Positions 1 through 10,239 of a DNA stretch of 29,648 nucleotides are shown one piece after another; the first letter of the stretch is position 1; every line of letters begins with the position of its first letter. The stretch lies in NCBI GenBank assembly GCA_001662655.1, contig KV460271.1. One strand, written 5' to 3'. The notes under the pieces are model-generated. The model ran no database searches, was not told where the DNA came from, and saw nothing but the letters and a program-made list of their open reading frames with translations. Source of the stretch: Pseudogymnoascus verrucosus. Its lineage: Eukaryota. The position numbers and the translations under genes were made by a program.

Positions 1-698
1 TTATGGCGAGTTTCGAGTTTAATTTCAACAGGCACGACAGACTTCTTCTGGGTTTTTGAAACCATTGCCGCTCCCCGTCGATTTGGGAGATGGTGCAAGT
101 ATCTACTGCGGATTGGGTTGAAGGAACTGCCCTCGAAACCAGCGACTGATATAGAGGTTAGCAGAGCTAGCCATGGTGACATTGGCCGTCTGGACGCATT
201 TTAGAAAGAGCAAAAACAGGCAAAACCAATTCTGATGTGGGAAGTTGGGCTTATTTTCCAATCGTCCTCCTTTATGGTACTGTAAGAGGACACATGATTG
301 TGGAAGTTCTTACAAGCCTTCGGAAATTACCACTCTGTGTATATAGAACTTTCGACATTGGAGACGTATTTCCGCAATGGTAACTGGATTTACATTATCC
401 ATCGTGGAACTAAATGACACCTGAAATTTTACGTAGTTTAATCCGAAACCCAGTCTCTTGGTATTATTCTATTTTAAAATTACCGAATATATGACAATGT
501 GGTGATCTCTCCAAACAATTGCTGCGCCTCGCCCTTGACCGATTGACTCATGGCGCGAACCCTGCAATTCGGAACATATAATAAGCCACATGAAATCTAA
601 TAACTAACATTTTTCGTCGAACAAATTTTACTGCACAAGTATTAACTTCAATCACAAAAGCTATATAATTTCAACAAAAATTTCACTAAACTGCAAGA

Positions 699-1586
699 AT
701 GGCATCAACATCAGAATCTAAGCTAGGTGGCTCATCGCCAGCGCCATTTCGAAACAAAAATTGGCGCGCAAAGAATAACAAGGAGACAATCCATGTCGTA
801 ATTCCTAAAATCCTCAAGGCTAGCCCTCGAGCTCAGAGCGCTATCACGCGCTCAAAAATGATCCTTTATACACCTGGCTTTGAACCATCCAAAAAAGTCC
901 AGCCTTCGGAATCGTCGCCGTCAAATACAGATACACCGGCACCACCAAGAATCACCGTCATCCAGTCCGACACTTTCGATGCTGCCATCGCCCTCACATC
1001 ATCCAAACCCGGCGCCCGAGTAGGCGTCCTCAACATGGCATCATCCTACCAACCAGGCGGCGGCGTCCTCAAAGGGAGTATAGCACAGGAAGAGTCCCTC
1101 TGCTCGCGCAGCACCCTCTACCCCAGTCTAAGGGACTCCTTCTACCGCCTCCCCACCCTCAGTGCCATTCACTCGCCTGATATTGTCGTGTTCCGCAACT
1201 CGGAACTCAACGGCACGGCCATCCTCCCGAAGGCAGAGTGGACGTTTGTGGATGTCATCTCGTGTGCCGCGCTCAAGGGGCCGGATGTCGAAGTCGATGC
1301 CCAAGGGAGGAAGATCTACGCTAGAGAGAAAGATAGGGAGACTATGACGCTGAAGGTGAGGCTGATTTTGCAGATTGCAAGGGAGATGGGGATTACGCGA
1401 TTGGTTTTGGGAGCGCTGGGGTGTGGTGCCTATGGGAACCCGCCGGAGGAGGTGGCGAAGATTTTTAAGAAGGTTATTTGTGGCGATAGTAGGAGGTATG
1501 GGTATGCGGAAGGAATTGAGGAGATTGTGTTTGCAATTTTTGATGATGGGGAGAATTTAAGGGTGTTTAAGGAGGTGTTTCCGTAG
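699..1586 (+). CDS. TIGR02452/DUF2263 family protein, microbial-type poly(ADP-ribose) glycohydrolase (macrodomain fold), 295 aa, intronless
   Basis: Motifs VGVLNMAS, GGGVLKGSIAQEESLC (PARG GGG-x6-8-QEE signature), LVLGALGCGAYGNPP and EIVFAI; TATATAA about 120 nt upstream. Confidence 0.88.
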   Translation: MASTSESKLGGSSPAPFRNKNWRAKNNKETIHVVIPKILKASPRAQSAITRSKMILYTPGFEPSKKVQPSESSPSNTDTPAPPRITVIQSDTFDAAIALTSSKPGARVGVLNMASSYQPGGGVLKGSIAQEESLCSRSTLYPSLRDSFYRLPTLSAIHSPDIVVFRNSELNGTAILPKAEWTFVDVISCAALKGPDVEVDAQGRKIYAREKDRETMTLKVRLILQIAREMGITRLVLGALGCGAYGNPPEEVAKIFKKVICGDSRRYGYAEGIEEIVFAIFDDGENLRVFKEVFP

Positions 1587-1728
1587 TAGTTATAGAAATG
1601 GAATATAAACAACCAAGGAAGGCGTCAAGCCTAGGAGGTACACTGCAACTGATATCATATTATCTAAAGTGAAACTCAATAACATCTAGATTTTGATTCC
1701 CAACTCCATGACGCCCATCGCCCACCGT

Positions 1729-3843
1729 TCAAAATTGGTACTCACTATCTAGCATTATATCTTCGGAATTACCATCCAATAACTCAAGATGAGACCCATT
1801 GCTCGTCCAGTTAAAACTATTGTATTGCTCGGGTGTTAAATAAGGGGTATGTGTCATATATCCCAGCGAATTCATGTCATCGGACATGCCCTCGGGCATC
1901 GGAGAGTGCCCAAACTGACACTCACTCGGAAAGAACGGTGCAAGGTCGGTCATTTGTGCAACGTCTTGGTAGGTAGCATCAGCCATAACCAACGTCATAT
2001 CATCCAGCGAACCAAAGGGCTCTTGGGATAGCAGTGAAGCCTCTAACGGCTGCCATTCCGAGATCTGCGCTCTTACGGCTTTGGCCTTCTCCAACATTTC
2101 TAGCAGAAACTTGCCATTCTTTGAAGTCTTGTTATCCTCTGTCCACCGCTTGAAAGCATCTTCCGTGGCTGCCCAAGCGCGCTCAAGTGTATCGCTCTGT
2201 CGACTGTGGCAGAGTTCTTTCAAAAGAAAGGAAAGAGGATGGTATTGGAGGTACGCTGTGAGGAGCCACTTCCATCTTATGGCTTGAGGCTCTGCTTCTA
2301 GTCGACGAGGGGTGTCGACGATGTCGATGGCTGTGAGAAGTATTTGGTTCCGGGTAACGTGGATCCCAGATGAAGTATTATTCGATAGCCATTCATCATT
2401 GTATAACTTGATCCACATCTCGGAAATCATAACATAGCTGACATGCTGAGCGAGCCAGTGAATTGGTTGACTGTTGTCGCAGTACCTTAGATGATCCCTC
2501 TGTATCTTGAAGCCACACTCATTTATCATCCTTTCCTTCTGACTCTGAGAAAGATCGCTTTCAAGCGATCGACTGGTGTTGGCGATTCCAAAACGTATAA
2601 GGCAGAAGCTCATCTCAGTCCAACCTTTGCGAGCACTGGGAGCTACTGTCATGGTCGGATCTATATCCTCATCGTTGATATTCAATGGAAGCTCCCAGTC
2701 TTTCATCGGGTCAGGTGAGCAGGCATCTGTGCCATGATCATCGGATGCTCGTCGGTCAAGGTACCATAGCTGCCACTTGAGGCGCTTATGCATTTCCTTT
2801 GTGAACGGCGACGCGTCGTTAATGGGGATGCAAAGACGTCTTGCCAATCCTGTCAAGGCCCATACTAACTTTGCGTCTTGCGCGTAGCGGCTGAATGATA
2901 AGAACAGGACGAACGCTTGAAACGTGACTAGATCATCTGCCACTAAAAAATCTGCCGTGGTTAGAGCCTGCTCTGTAGCAGCTCGGTACATCGCCAGTGT
3001 CGTAGTCTTGTCCATCTTAAAGCAGTCTTCAACATCTTTGACTGGCATGCTGGAGATGGATGAGAAATAGATGGCGAACAAGAGGGCCTTCTGGCCATTG
3101 TTTAGAGAAGTCGGGTTGTTAACTGCCTTCCGAAGTACACTTTGTGCGCTTGGTGTGTGTAAAACTTTGGCAAGTTGGTCGACATTTTCTAGGAACGCTC
3201 GCCAACATATTTGAGTTTGGGCAGTTGATGGAAGCAATGATGCAGTCTCTGACGTAGAGTCATTGAATGAGAACACCCCCCCTGCCCATGAGGTATTCAT
3301 ACTCTGGCTACTTGCAAAACTCGGCTCAAAGCCATTGATAAATGTGGCTGAAGTGATTGGCCTGCCATCGAAGGGTTTAAAACCTAGCGGCTTGCCCCTG
3401 TCTCTTATAATAATCAACTTCCCTATAGCATTTTCCAGGGCCTCCAATCTTCTCGCATCTTCAGTGCCTTCTGTGAAAGCATCACCCGTCCCACCGAGCT
3501 CATGAGTCTCAGATAGAGAGCCATTATGGTCGTTGATTGAACTTGTTAGGTCTTTGAGTAACTCCTCCACCTTTTGAATCCTCTCATATAGTGATGGCGA
3601 GATATTTGCACTACCGCCCGTATCTGGGGGATATGCGATTGGCCTTTTTCGAGGCCGGGGACATCTCCTGATGGGTGACGGGTAAACGCATTCAAGTGAC
3701 CATAGCGTACAATTGGTGCAAGGTGAGCTTTTGTTGCACTTTACTTTACGCGTGCGGCAAGATATGCAAGCCTTTTGCTTTACAACTGGGGGAGCTGCGA
3801 TAGGCAAAGTTGGACCAGAAGATTTGAGGAGTCGCATAGCCAT
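1729..3843 (-). CDS. Zn(II)2Cys6 transcription factor with fungal-specific middle homology region; start probably 3843 or 3837, although the ORF is open to 3966
   Basis: CISCRTRKVKCNKSSPCTNCTLWSLEC binuclear cluster, coiled coil LYERIQKVEELL, MHR-type motifs (FLENVDQLAKVLHTP, LPLNINDEDI, WTEMSFCLIRF), acidic C-terminus; no intron needed. Confidence 0.88.
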   Translation of the reverse strand: MAMRLLKSSGPTLPIAAPPVVKQKACISCRTRKVKCNKSSPCTNCTLWSLECVYPSPIRRCPRPRKRPIAYPPDTGGSANISPSLYERIQKVEELLKDLTSSINDHNGSLSETHELGGTGDAFTEGTEDARRLEALENAIGKLIIIRDRGKPLGFKPFDGRPITSATFINGFEPSFASSQSMNTSWAGGVFSFNDSTSETASLLPSTAQTQICWRAFLENVDQLAKVLHTPSAQSVLRKAVNNPTSLNNGQKALLFAIYFSSISSMPVKDVEDCFKMDKTTTLAMYRAATEQALTTADFLVADDLVTFQAFVLFLSFSRYAQDAKLVWALTGLARRLCIPINDASPFTKEMHKRLKWQLWYLDRRASDDHGTDACSPDPMKDWELPLNINDEDIDPTMTVAPSARKGWTEMSFCLIRFGIANTSRSLESDLSQSQKERMINECGFKIQRDHLRYCDNSQPIHWLAQHVSYVMISEMWIKLYNDEWLSNNTSSGIHVTRNQILLTAIDIVDTPRRLEAEPQAIRWKWLLTAYLQYHPLSFLLKELCHSRQSDTLERAWAATEDAFKRWTEDNKTSKNGKFLLEMLEKAKAVRAQISEWQPLEASLLSQEPFGSLDDMTLVMADATYQDVAQMTDLAPFFPSECQFGHSPMPEGMSDDMNSLGYMTHTPYLTPEQYNSFNWTSNGSHLELLDGNSEDIMLDSEYQF

Positions 3844-4431
3844 AGCTAACTGAAGCCCTTGTTGTTCGGTAATTGGTGCCAGTGCGTACTGTATGAAGAA
3901 GTTGAAAAAATACAGTATGATAGCGACACAAATATACAACGGAAAACTCACGGATTTCTCTATCATTTAGAAGAATACACCTTGGGTTTGACCAAGACCG
4001 GCTACTGATACATCCGTGATGTGTCGTAAGCAGAAAGTGCTCATAACTTGTTGTGGTCGTGGCTGTGCAAATTCCCAAGACGTGCCCAAGACGGACATCT
4101 CGCATCTCTCGGTGTTTAACGACTCCCGCGATCCAATTGGTCCGCCACCAAACGAATCATCAGTCTCATCATTGTAATTATCACTTTCTCTCAAGTCAAA
4201 GTATATCAATGGGGTTCTCGGTCCTATAATCGGGCCAAGCGATGCCTTTGTCGATCAAACATTGCGTGGAATTGTATGCGCTCACAGACGTAAGCCAAGA
4301 TGGAGTCAGTTGGTATAAATGGGAGATTGTCCCTCGCCATTTACTATGATGAGCACCTTTACCAGCTTTTATCTCTAGCTTGGCTTGGATTTTTTCACGG
4401 CCTGGAAGAAAAATTTCAAGGTTAAATAAAC

Positions 4432-5238
4432 ATGAATTACTACGTCGACCCAGCTGTATTTTTCAGTTTCGTTTTTGGTAAGCAGCATTCCAATCAGTCG
4501 AGCCGTGTCGCTGCTCCGAGAACAATAGCTAACCGCAACTCTACTTACAGCATCTCTTTTTGGCAGTGTATCGGCTGGAGGGATTGTAGTCGTCGATCTC
4601 CCGTTAGTGCCAAATTATGCCAAAGCCCACGGCATACTTATGGGCCTGGCGTTGGTCGTCGTTCTACCTGGCGGAGCAATTCTCATGCGCCTTTTGAGCT
4701 CAAAAGGAAAGCCTACCGTCTGGGTTCATGTCGGCACCCAGCTTGTGGGTTGGGTGCTCATGATCTCGGGGTTGGCCATGGGTGCCAAAGTTGGGAAGAT
4801 TTTAGACAGAGTAAGCCCTCAAATATTGTTTTCACACTGCAACGTTTTGGTGACGATCATGTGGCTGAGGATACAAAGCTTGAGAACAACGCCCACACGA
4901 TTCTCGGCACAGTTGTTGTCGCCTTGTTGCTCTTTCGGCCTCTGTTCGGCTTCCTTCACCACCGGAGGTTCATGGCCACACGAAAACGAGGGAAAATGAC
5001 CCTCTTTCACGTCTGGTACGGCCGCGTCCTCATTCTTCTCGGGATGTTAAACGGCGGGTTCGGATTGAAGCTAGCTACAAACTCTCCAGGTGGAAATATA
5101 GCTTATGGGGTTGTCGCGGGGGTCATAGGTGCAACTTATGTTGCTGTGATGGTACATTTTGAGGTAACTGGTGGGAGCAAGACCAGTTCGAGGACTCCAG
5201 ATGTTCCGGAGGAAACGTCGAAATCGCAAAGCAGTTAA
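4432..5238 (+). CDS. Cytochrome b561-domain membrane protein, about 221 aa; exons 4432-4477, 4551-4810, 4879-5238
   Basis: Introns 4478-4550 (GTAAGC..GCTAAC..TACAG) and 4811-4878 (GTAAGC..CTGAG..AAAG) join two ORF-track frames in phase. Product: MNYYVDPAVFFSFVFASLFGSVSA..AHGILMG..WVHVGTQ..NAHTILG..GFLHH..FHVWYGR, with heme-ligand-type His in transmembrane helices. Confidence 0.82.
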   Translation: MNYYVDPAVFFSFVFGKQHSNQSSRVAAPRTIANRNSTYSISFWQCIGWRDCSRRSPVSAKLCQSPRHTYGPGVGRRSTWRSNSHAPFELKRKAYRLGSCRHPACGLGAHDLGVGHGCQSWEDFRQSKPSNIVFTLQRFGDDHVAEDTKLENNAHTILGTVVVALLLFRPLFGFLHHRRFMATRKRGKMTLFHVWYGRVLILLGMLNGGFGLKLATNSPGGNIAYGVVAGVIGATYVAVMVHFEVTGGSKTSSRTPDVPEETSKSQSS

Positions 5239-5547
5239 ATAAACCGACGGTATTAAATTGGTGAAGAATGATCTTTTCAAAGCGCTTGTCCTCGATAATG
5301 GATCAAGTGCCGCATTTTCAGACTCTTTGTACTTGATAGTTAATAATAGTCTTGCAATAATTAAGAGGGATAAAGATTGGCCGTATTACAAAGATGTAAC
5401 TTTTGGTATAAGCGAAACTCTTGGCAGCCGAACTGCAATGTGAGTCAAACTGAGCCAACTAACCGACCAAGGCACTCGAACAAGACAGGCTGGTCATCGA
5501 ATCGTATTCGACATTTTAAATATTATTATATTTTCGAATAAGACATA

Positions 5548-6212
5548 ATGAGTTCAGAGGATTCACCTACTCGCATACTCCTCGTCATCGATGTCCAGAG
5601 ATGCCTTCTTGGCCCTCCAAATCCGGTCCCTGGCTCGATAAAGATCCTCCGCAACCTGGAGGCTGCTCTCGCTCGAGAAAGGGCCGCTTCCCCGCCGACC
5701 AAAGGTATGCCTTACCTTCAACTTTATTATTTCCAACCTGCGGCAGAACTCCTGGCGGACAACTCTAAGACAAATACGTGGTTTGTGATAACTGACAAAA
5801 GGAAGTAATTTGGATTCGGCACAATGAAGATGATGATCCCGACTTCACCCCCAATACCACGCCATGGGAAATCGTGCAGACGGAATTATTTCGCATCCAG
5901 GAAAACGAGGTGATAGTTGATAAAACAACGCGCGATTCCTTCCACAAGACATCGTTGGGGTCACATATCGAGACTCCTGGTTTCGACCCACAGAACCTCC
6001 AGCTGGTTATCATAGGTTTACAGAGCGATTACTGTGTTCAGACTACTGCAAGAAGCGCCCTTGCAAGATATCCCTCTGCACGAGTATCACTTGTGCATGG
6101 TGCTCACGGAACATATGACGATGAAAAGGCCGGGAGGAGTGCGGAGGAAGTTTCTGAGCAAATTGAGATAGAGCTGAGGGACGAGGGGGTCATCATTGAG
6201 GACATCAACTAA
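5548..6212 (+). CDS. Isochorismatase/cysteine hydrolase family protein, about 187 aa; exons 5548-5704, 5806-6212
   Basis: Intron 5705-5805 (GTATGC..CTGAC..AAG) gives LLVIDVQ..KVIWIRH..DKTTRDSF..GLQSDYCV..HGTYD, with the Asp-Lys-Cys catalytic triad. Confidence 0.85.
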
Positions 6213-6833
6213 AGGGGCCAAGGCGTACATGAGCTCTGTGAACTTTCAGTTGGAACCGAGCCGTAGTATTATTAGTCTTGTCATTCGCAGAATTATAGGA
6301 TAGGGCGTGGCCAAATATAGTTCCCTTCTCGGCGAGAGCTCTGGCTTGGCCCAATTCCCATTCTATATCTAGTTGGCATGACTTGGTGGATATGTCGCTC
6401 CCGAATTATCCGTTTGCGGAGCTAGGCAAGCTGGTCAACATCATTGTCGACCCTGGGCGGTCGCTACGTTGAGGCGTCGTAAGCCCCGAAGACGGCTCAC
6501 TTACGGGCTCGTTGGCTGCGGTGCGGGTCGTCCTTCGTCTAGATGCATCGTGTTTTGGTGGGCTGAATATGGGTGAGTCAACAGAATTGTAACAGGCTAG
6601 CCGAAAAGTCACAGGGAGTTTAGGGCACTAGCATAATGGTTTGGAATACGGGGTAGCATTGCTGGGCTTCTAGTAAACGTAGGTCCCTGGTAATACGTCG
6701 ACTGTTGACTGGACTGTAGGTCGGTTAAAGTTTTCACCTATATACTGGCGTCAAGCCTCTGGCACGTTACGCCCCTCCACGCCATATTATATCATTAAGT
6801 TCCGTGTTTTCCGGCACCTTACATTGCTTATAT

Positions 6834-8308
6834 TCACACTAAAGTAAGAGGGAATCTACATTCTGGGTCCCATTTGTCCCTAATCTTTATAAATCGTTCA
6901 AACGCAGAGTCCGTCATTACCTTGGACTTTCTAAATGTAATATCGTAATCTGCTACATACATACCACATGCAACCTTCTCCGCTTCTCTATAGACGTTTT
7001 TCATCCAGTTGCGGAGAGCAGGTATTTTAGTAGGATTTTTAGTGCAGGTGAAGGTTGAGATGTAATACTGTTGAGGCAGACTGAAGGCCATTTTTCCAAC
7101 GTCTGGATAAGTGTCACCGATGTAGATGACCCCAACAGACTGTCTCGTAGGCAGCTGGGTTTGGGAAGGCTTGATTGCTTCGATCATCTGTTTAACAGCG
7201 GTTAGGGACTCGGCCATTTTTAAAGCGTCCACTAGAGGAAGAAAGAAAGGTTCTTAACGTACTTCTGGAAGCGGGATACTTGGGTCATTTAGAATACTAT
7301 CAATATGCCAAATTTCGCCGTTTCCGTAAGGAACAAGCATATCTTGTTCTTGAAACACTTCTTTCCAACTCTTGAGAATGACCGGAGCAGGACCTGCTAC
7401 AACCTCCGCCAACCCATCGGGGACATAATCGAAGGCACTAAGTAGAGTCTCGGCTTCTGATATTGAGTCGACATAGGCAGCAGCGGTAATTGACATCATC
7501 AACGACGAAGGCTCACTGATCTCATCGCTTTCGATAGTTGGATTGAACTTCTCTGGAAAAAAAGTACAAACAGCAACTTCTGTGCCATATTTAGGCGTCT
7601 TCTCATTTTGCTCGATTGCCAATGTAAGAACTTCGTTAAAGAGTTTACCATTAGGCCCTATGGAAAAAGTGCGCTGGCGTTGATAAAATTTCCGAGCTGG
7701 AATTGTTCGCGCACAGAACTTAGTCACGACCCCAAAAAACCCTTGACCAGAGCCTCTTGCCGCCCAAAAGACGTCCGCATTCTCACTGGCATTAGCTCGG
7801 ATCAAAGATCCATCTGGAACAACGACTTCCAGCTCAGTGACCCATTGATCTACGGTTGCGCCCCAACCACGCATGAAAAAGCCCTGTCCGCCAGCTAATG
7901 TGAAGCCACCCATTGCGACTGAGGGGGCGTGACCATGAGGGAAAAAACGGCCGAGTTTTCAAGCTTTTCGGATATCTCACAGACACGCACAGCTGGTCCA
8001 TAAGTTATAGTTTGCGTTTTCTCCTCGTATTCAACTTGTCGATTGAGGTTTGACGTATCTATTAAAAGGCCATCCTGCCACAAAGACATACATGTGAAAA
8101 GATGGCCACCTGAGCGAACTCCAATTGGAATTCCCAATTCCTTAGCTCTATTGACAGCGGCAATTACGTCCTGGACACAGATTGGTCGGTGAATTTCTCG
8201 GGGATATTTTGCGGGTACATTGGCATTAATGAAAGCCTTTCGAAGTTGCTCATAGTGTGGTGACCCTGGAAGGAAGACTTTTTCTGTACGCGAAATAGTA
8301 CCGGCCAT
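6834..8308 (-). pseudogene. FAD-binding (PCMH-type, BBE/6-HDNO-like) oxidoreductase with a 1-nt frameshift at about 7956-7959 (pseudogene or sequencing error); intron 7188-7262; about 466 aa if repaired
   Basis: RSGGH covalent-FAD motif in ORF 7895-8308. GRFFPHGHAPSVAMGGFTLAGGQG and FWAARGSGQGFFGVVT lie in the next frame. C-terminal KWDPECRF. The intron GTACGT..CTAAC..AACAG joins PLPE|MIEAI in phase. Confidence 0.82.
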
Positions 8309-10126
8309 CTTAGACGTGAGAGAGGCAAACTAAGAGAGCGGAAACCGAGGGAGGGAAAACAGGGACATAAGAGCCATATAAGGCTTGCTACGTCAAGTCC
8401 ATGTCACATTATTGAAGTTGTGGAATAATGCGTACTGGATGGTTGGTGTAACTCCCGATTATCATGTGGGGTTTTGCCAAGATATATGCGATGTACCCCA
8501 CTTGCGCCTACTAAAACCCCTCGCTGGATTGGTGTGGAAAGTAGCGTTGACACCTGGTGTTAGTATACCATTTGATAAGCAAGCCTGACACATCTATTCT
8601 GCAGGCATACTACACTTTAAGTGTGGTTTGAGTTTGATGTTTAGTTGAAGAGTGCTGCGCTATATCATCGACGATGTTTGTTGTACTCCAACAGCTCACC
8701 GGAGCCTAGTTTGCATACCTAGGAGCTAAGCACCGTAGGTCTAAAGGGGGAAAGCAGTACGTATATAGGTTATATGGTGACCGTTCTAGGGTAGACAGTC
8801 GTTAATCATGACTTCGTTGCGTGTCTATAGTCTCTATTTTCCCGCATTCCAACAGTGTTTGATTAACCTCGCTCGCGTGGTGAGGTCAGCGGAAGCAAAT
8901 AAAAGCCCAAGCAAGTGAGCTACGTCGCACAACGTTGAATTTTTGGCAATAAGAGTAGAGGCTGGGGAGGCTGCGTATTGCGTGCCTACGAGCGGCACAG
9001 TGTTGGTTGCCTACAGGAGGAACAAGAGCGACAGTTTGTTGGAGAATGGGGATAAGTCGACGATATGGTCGTTATTGATTACTGGGGACTTGTTGAGCTG
9101 AATAGTTCAATCAACCCGGCTTTGTTCAGCTAATGCGTTCTCACTTCAGCTAAGGCGTACTAGCTCGGCCAAGGCGTAATGTAAGTCGGCGTAACAGGGC
9201 GCTTCTATAGATCTATGATCAGTAACACCTAACGTGTATGATTATGTTGATATAAAGGGGCTTATAATACAAAGCTATGAAGGTGGTCTAGGCTATTCGT
9301 GAACTCGATCCATTCGCGAGGGGACTGGAGCAAATATATTAATATCCTATTATAGGAGCAGCGCTTTTCGAAATGTACCATAGTTTATTATCAGTGGTCT
9401 CTGAGCAGGGTAAATAGGATGTGAGATACAGTGATTGGGTTATTTGTCCTTTGATGGAATGCCAAACCCCCATTGGAATTATAAGCAAAGTGCGATGCCG
9501 AGGCGTGAGGGAAACCAATATTCTAATTTCCTTACACCACTCACGGATCTCTCCGGGTTTCACAAGTGAAATCTGTTAATTCTCATTCTTCAAGTCCGTG
9601 AGAGAGAGCTGGGGGACGAAGGGGTTATCATTAAGGGCATCAGCTGAAGGGGCTAAAGTGCACAGGACCCGACGTTTTCTCTGTAACTACATATTCAGCC
9701 ATCAGCCTCAAAGGGAAGAAAAATAGCAAAAGCATAAAACAGTGGGTATTCGCTGGTGGTCACCCACTCAACTACCAATTCACGGATCTCAAGCTTCCAG
9801 GAGATTAATACTCAGGACAGTGCAATTTGGACAAGCGGGTGAGCGTCGCCGCCCTCATGCTTTTTGATCCCCTTACGATGATCTAACTGTCTCCTTTAGC
9901 TACCTGATAACGACCATGTCGGCACGCACAAAGTGGATCTGTATGGAGACGTAATGGCTAGACCACTGGTATGTGAGTGGTGCTAGAAATGGCGGCGGTC
10001 TAATGCAGTTGTATCTGCCAGTGAAAAGTATCATTCGCTGTGATCTGATCCTGCCCACATTCTGTTCGGAACCACTTTGTACCGAACCGGCAATGAACCA
10101 CCGAAGAGGCTATAGGGGAAACTCCC

Positions 10127-10141
10127 TCGGTAAACTCGGTA
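10127..10141 (+). promoter_or_regulatory. CGG-N6-CGG direct-repeat element TCGGTAAACTCGGTA (putative Zn2Cys6 site) upstream of the DUF1254 gene
   Basis: Exact 15-bp copy also at 16648-16662; lies about 100 nt before the ATG and just upstream of TATATA-like stretches. Confidence 0.6.
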
Positions 10142-10239
10142 TGACGACCGACTTTACAGAAGCCGGACTTTATACTATATATGGATACCGACTATATATC
10201 ATATTACGACTTAATGTACTTCTTTACTAAGAACTCATA

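Noticed and set aside
1..204. Open frames at the window edge (plus strand 1-204; a minus-strand frame from about 182 running off the edge)
   Set aside because: Too short, no recognisable motif; cannot be judged without flanking sequence.
960..1586. C-rich to G-rich skew switch along the PARG gene (similar in 19118-19957)
   Set aside because: A common compositional pattern in fungal genes; no inverted repeat or junction seen.
4432..5238. ORF-track 268-aa and 130-aa proteins as separate genes
   Set aside because: They are frames of one spliced three-exon cytochrome b561 gene.
6406..6612. 68-aa minus-strand ORF
   Set aside because: Non-ATG start, low-complexity product, no motif.
7188..7262. 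Apparent second break in the FAD oxidase
   Set aside because: Explained by a canonical 75-nt intron with a CTAAC branch point; not a lesion.
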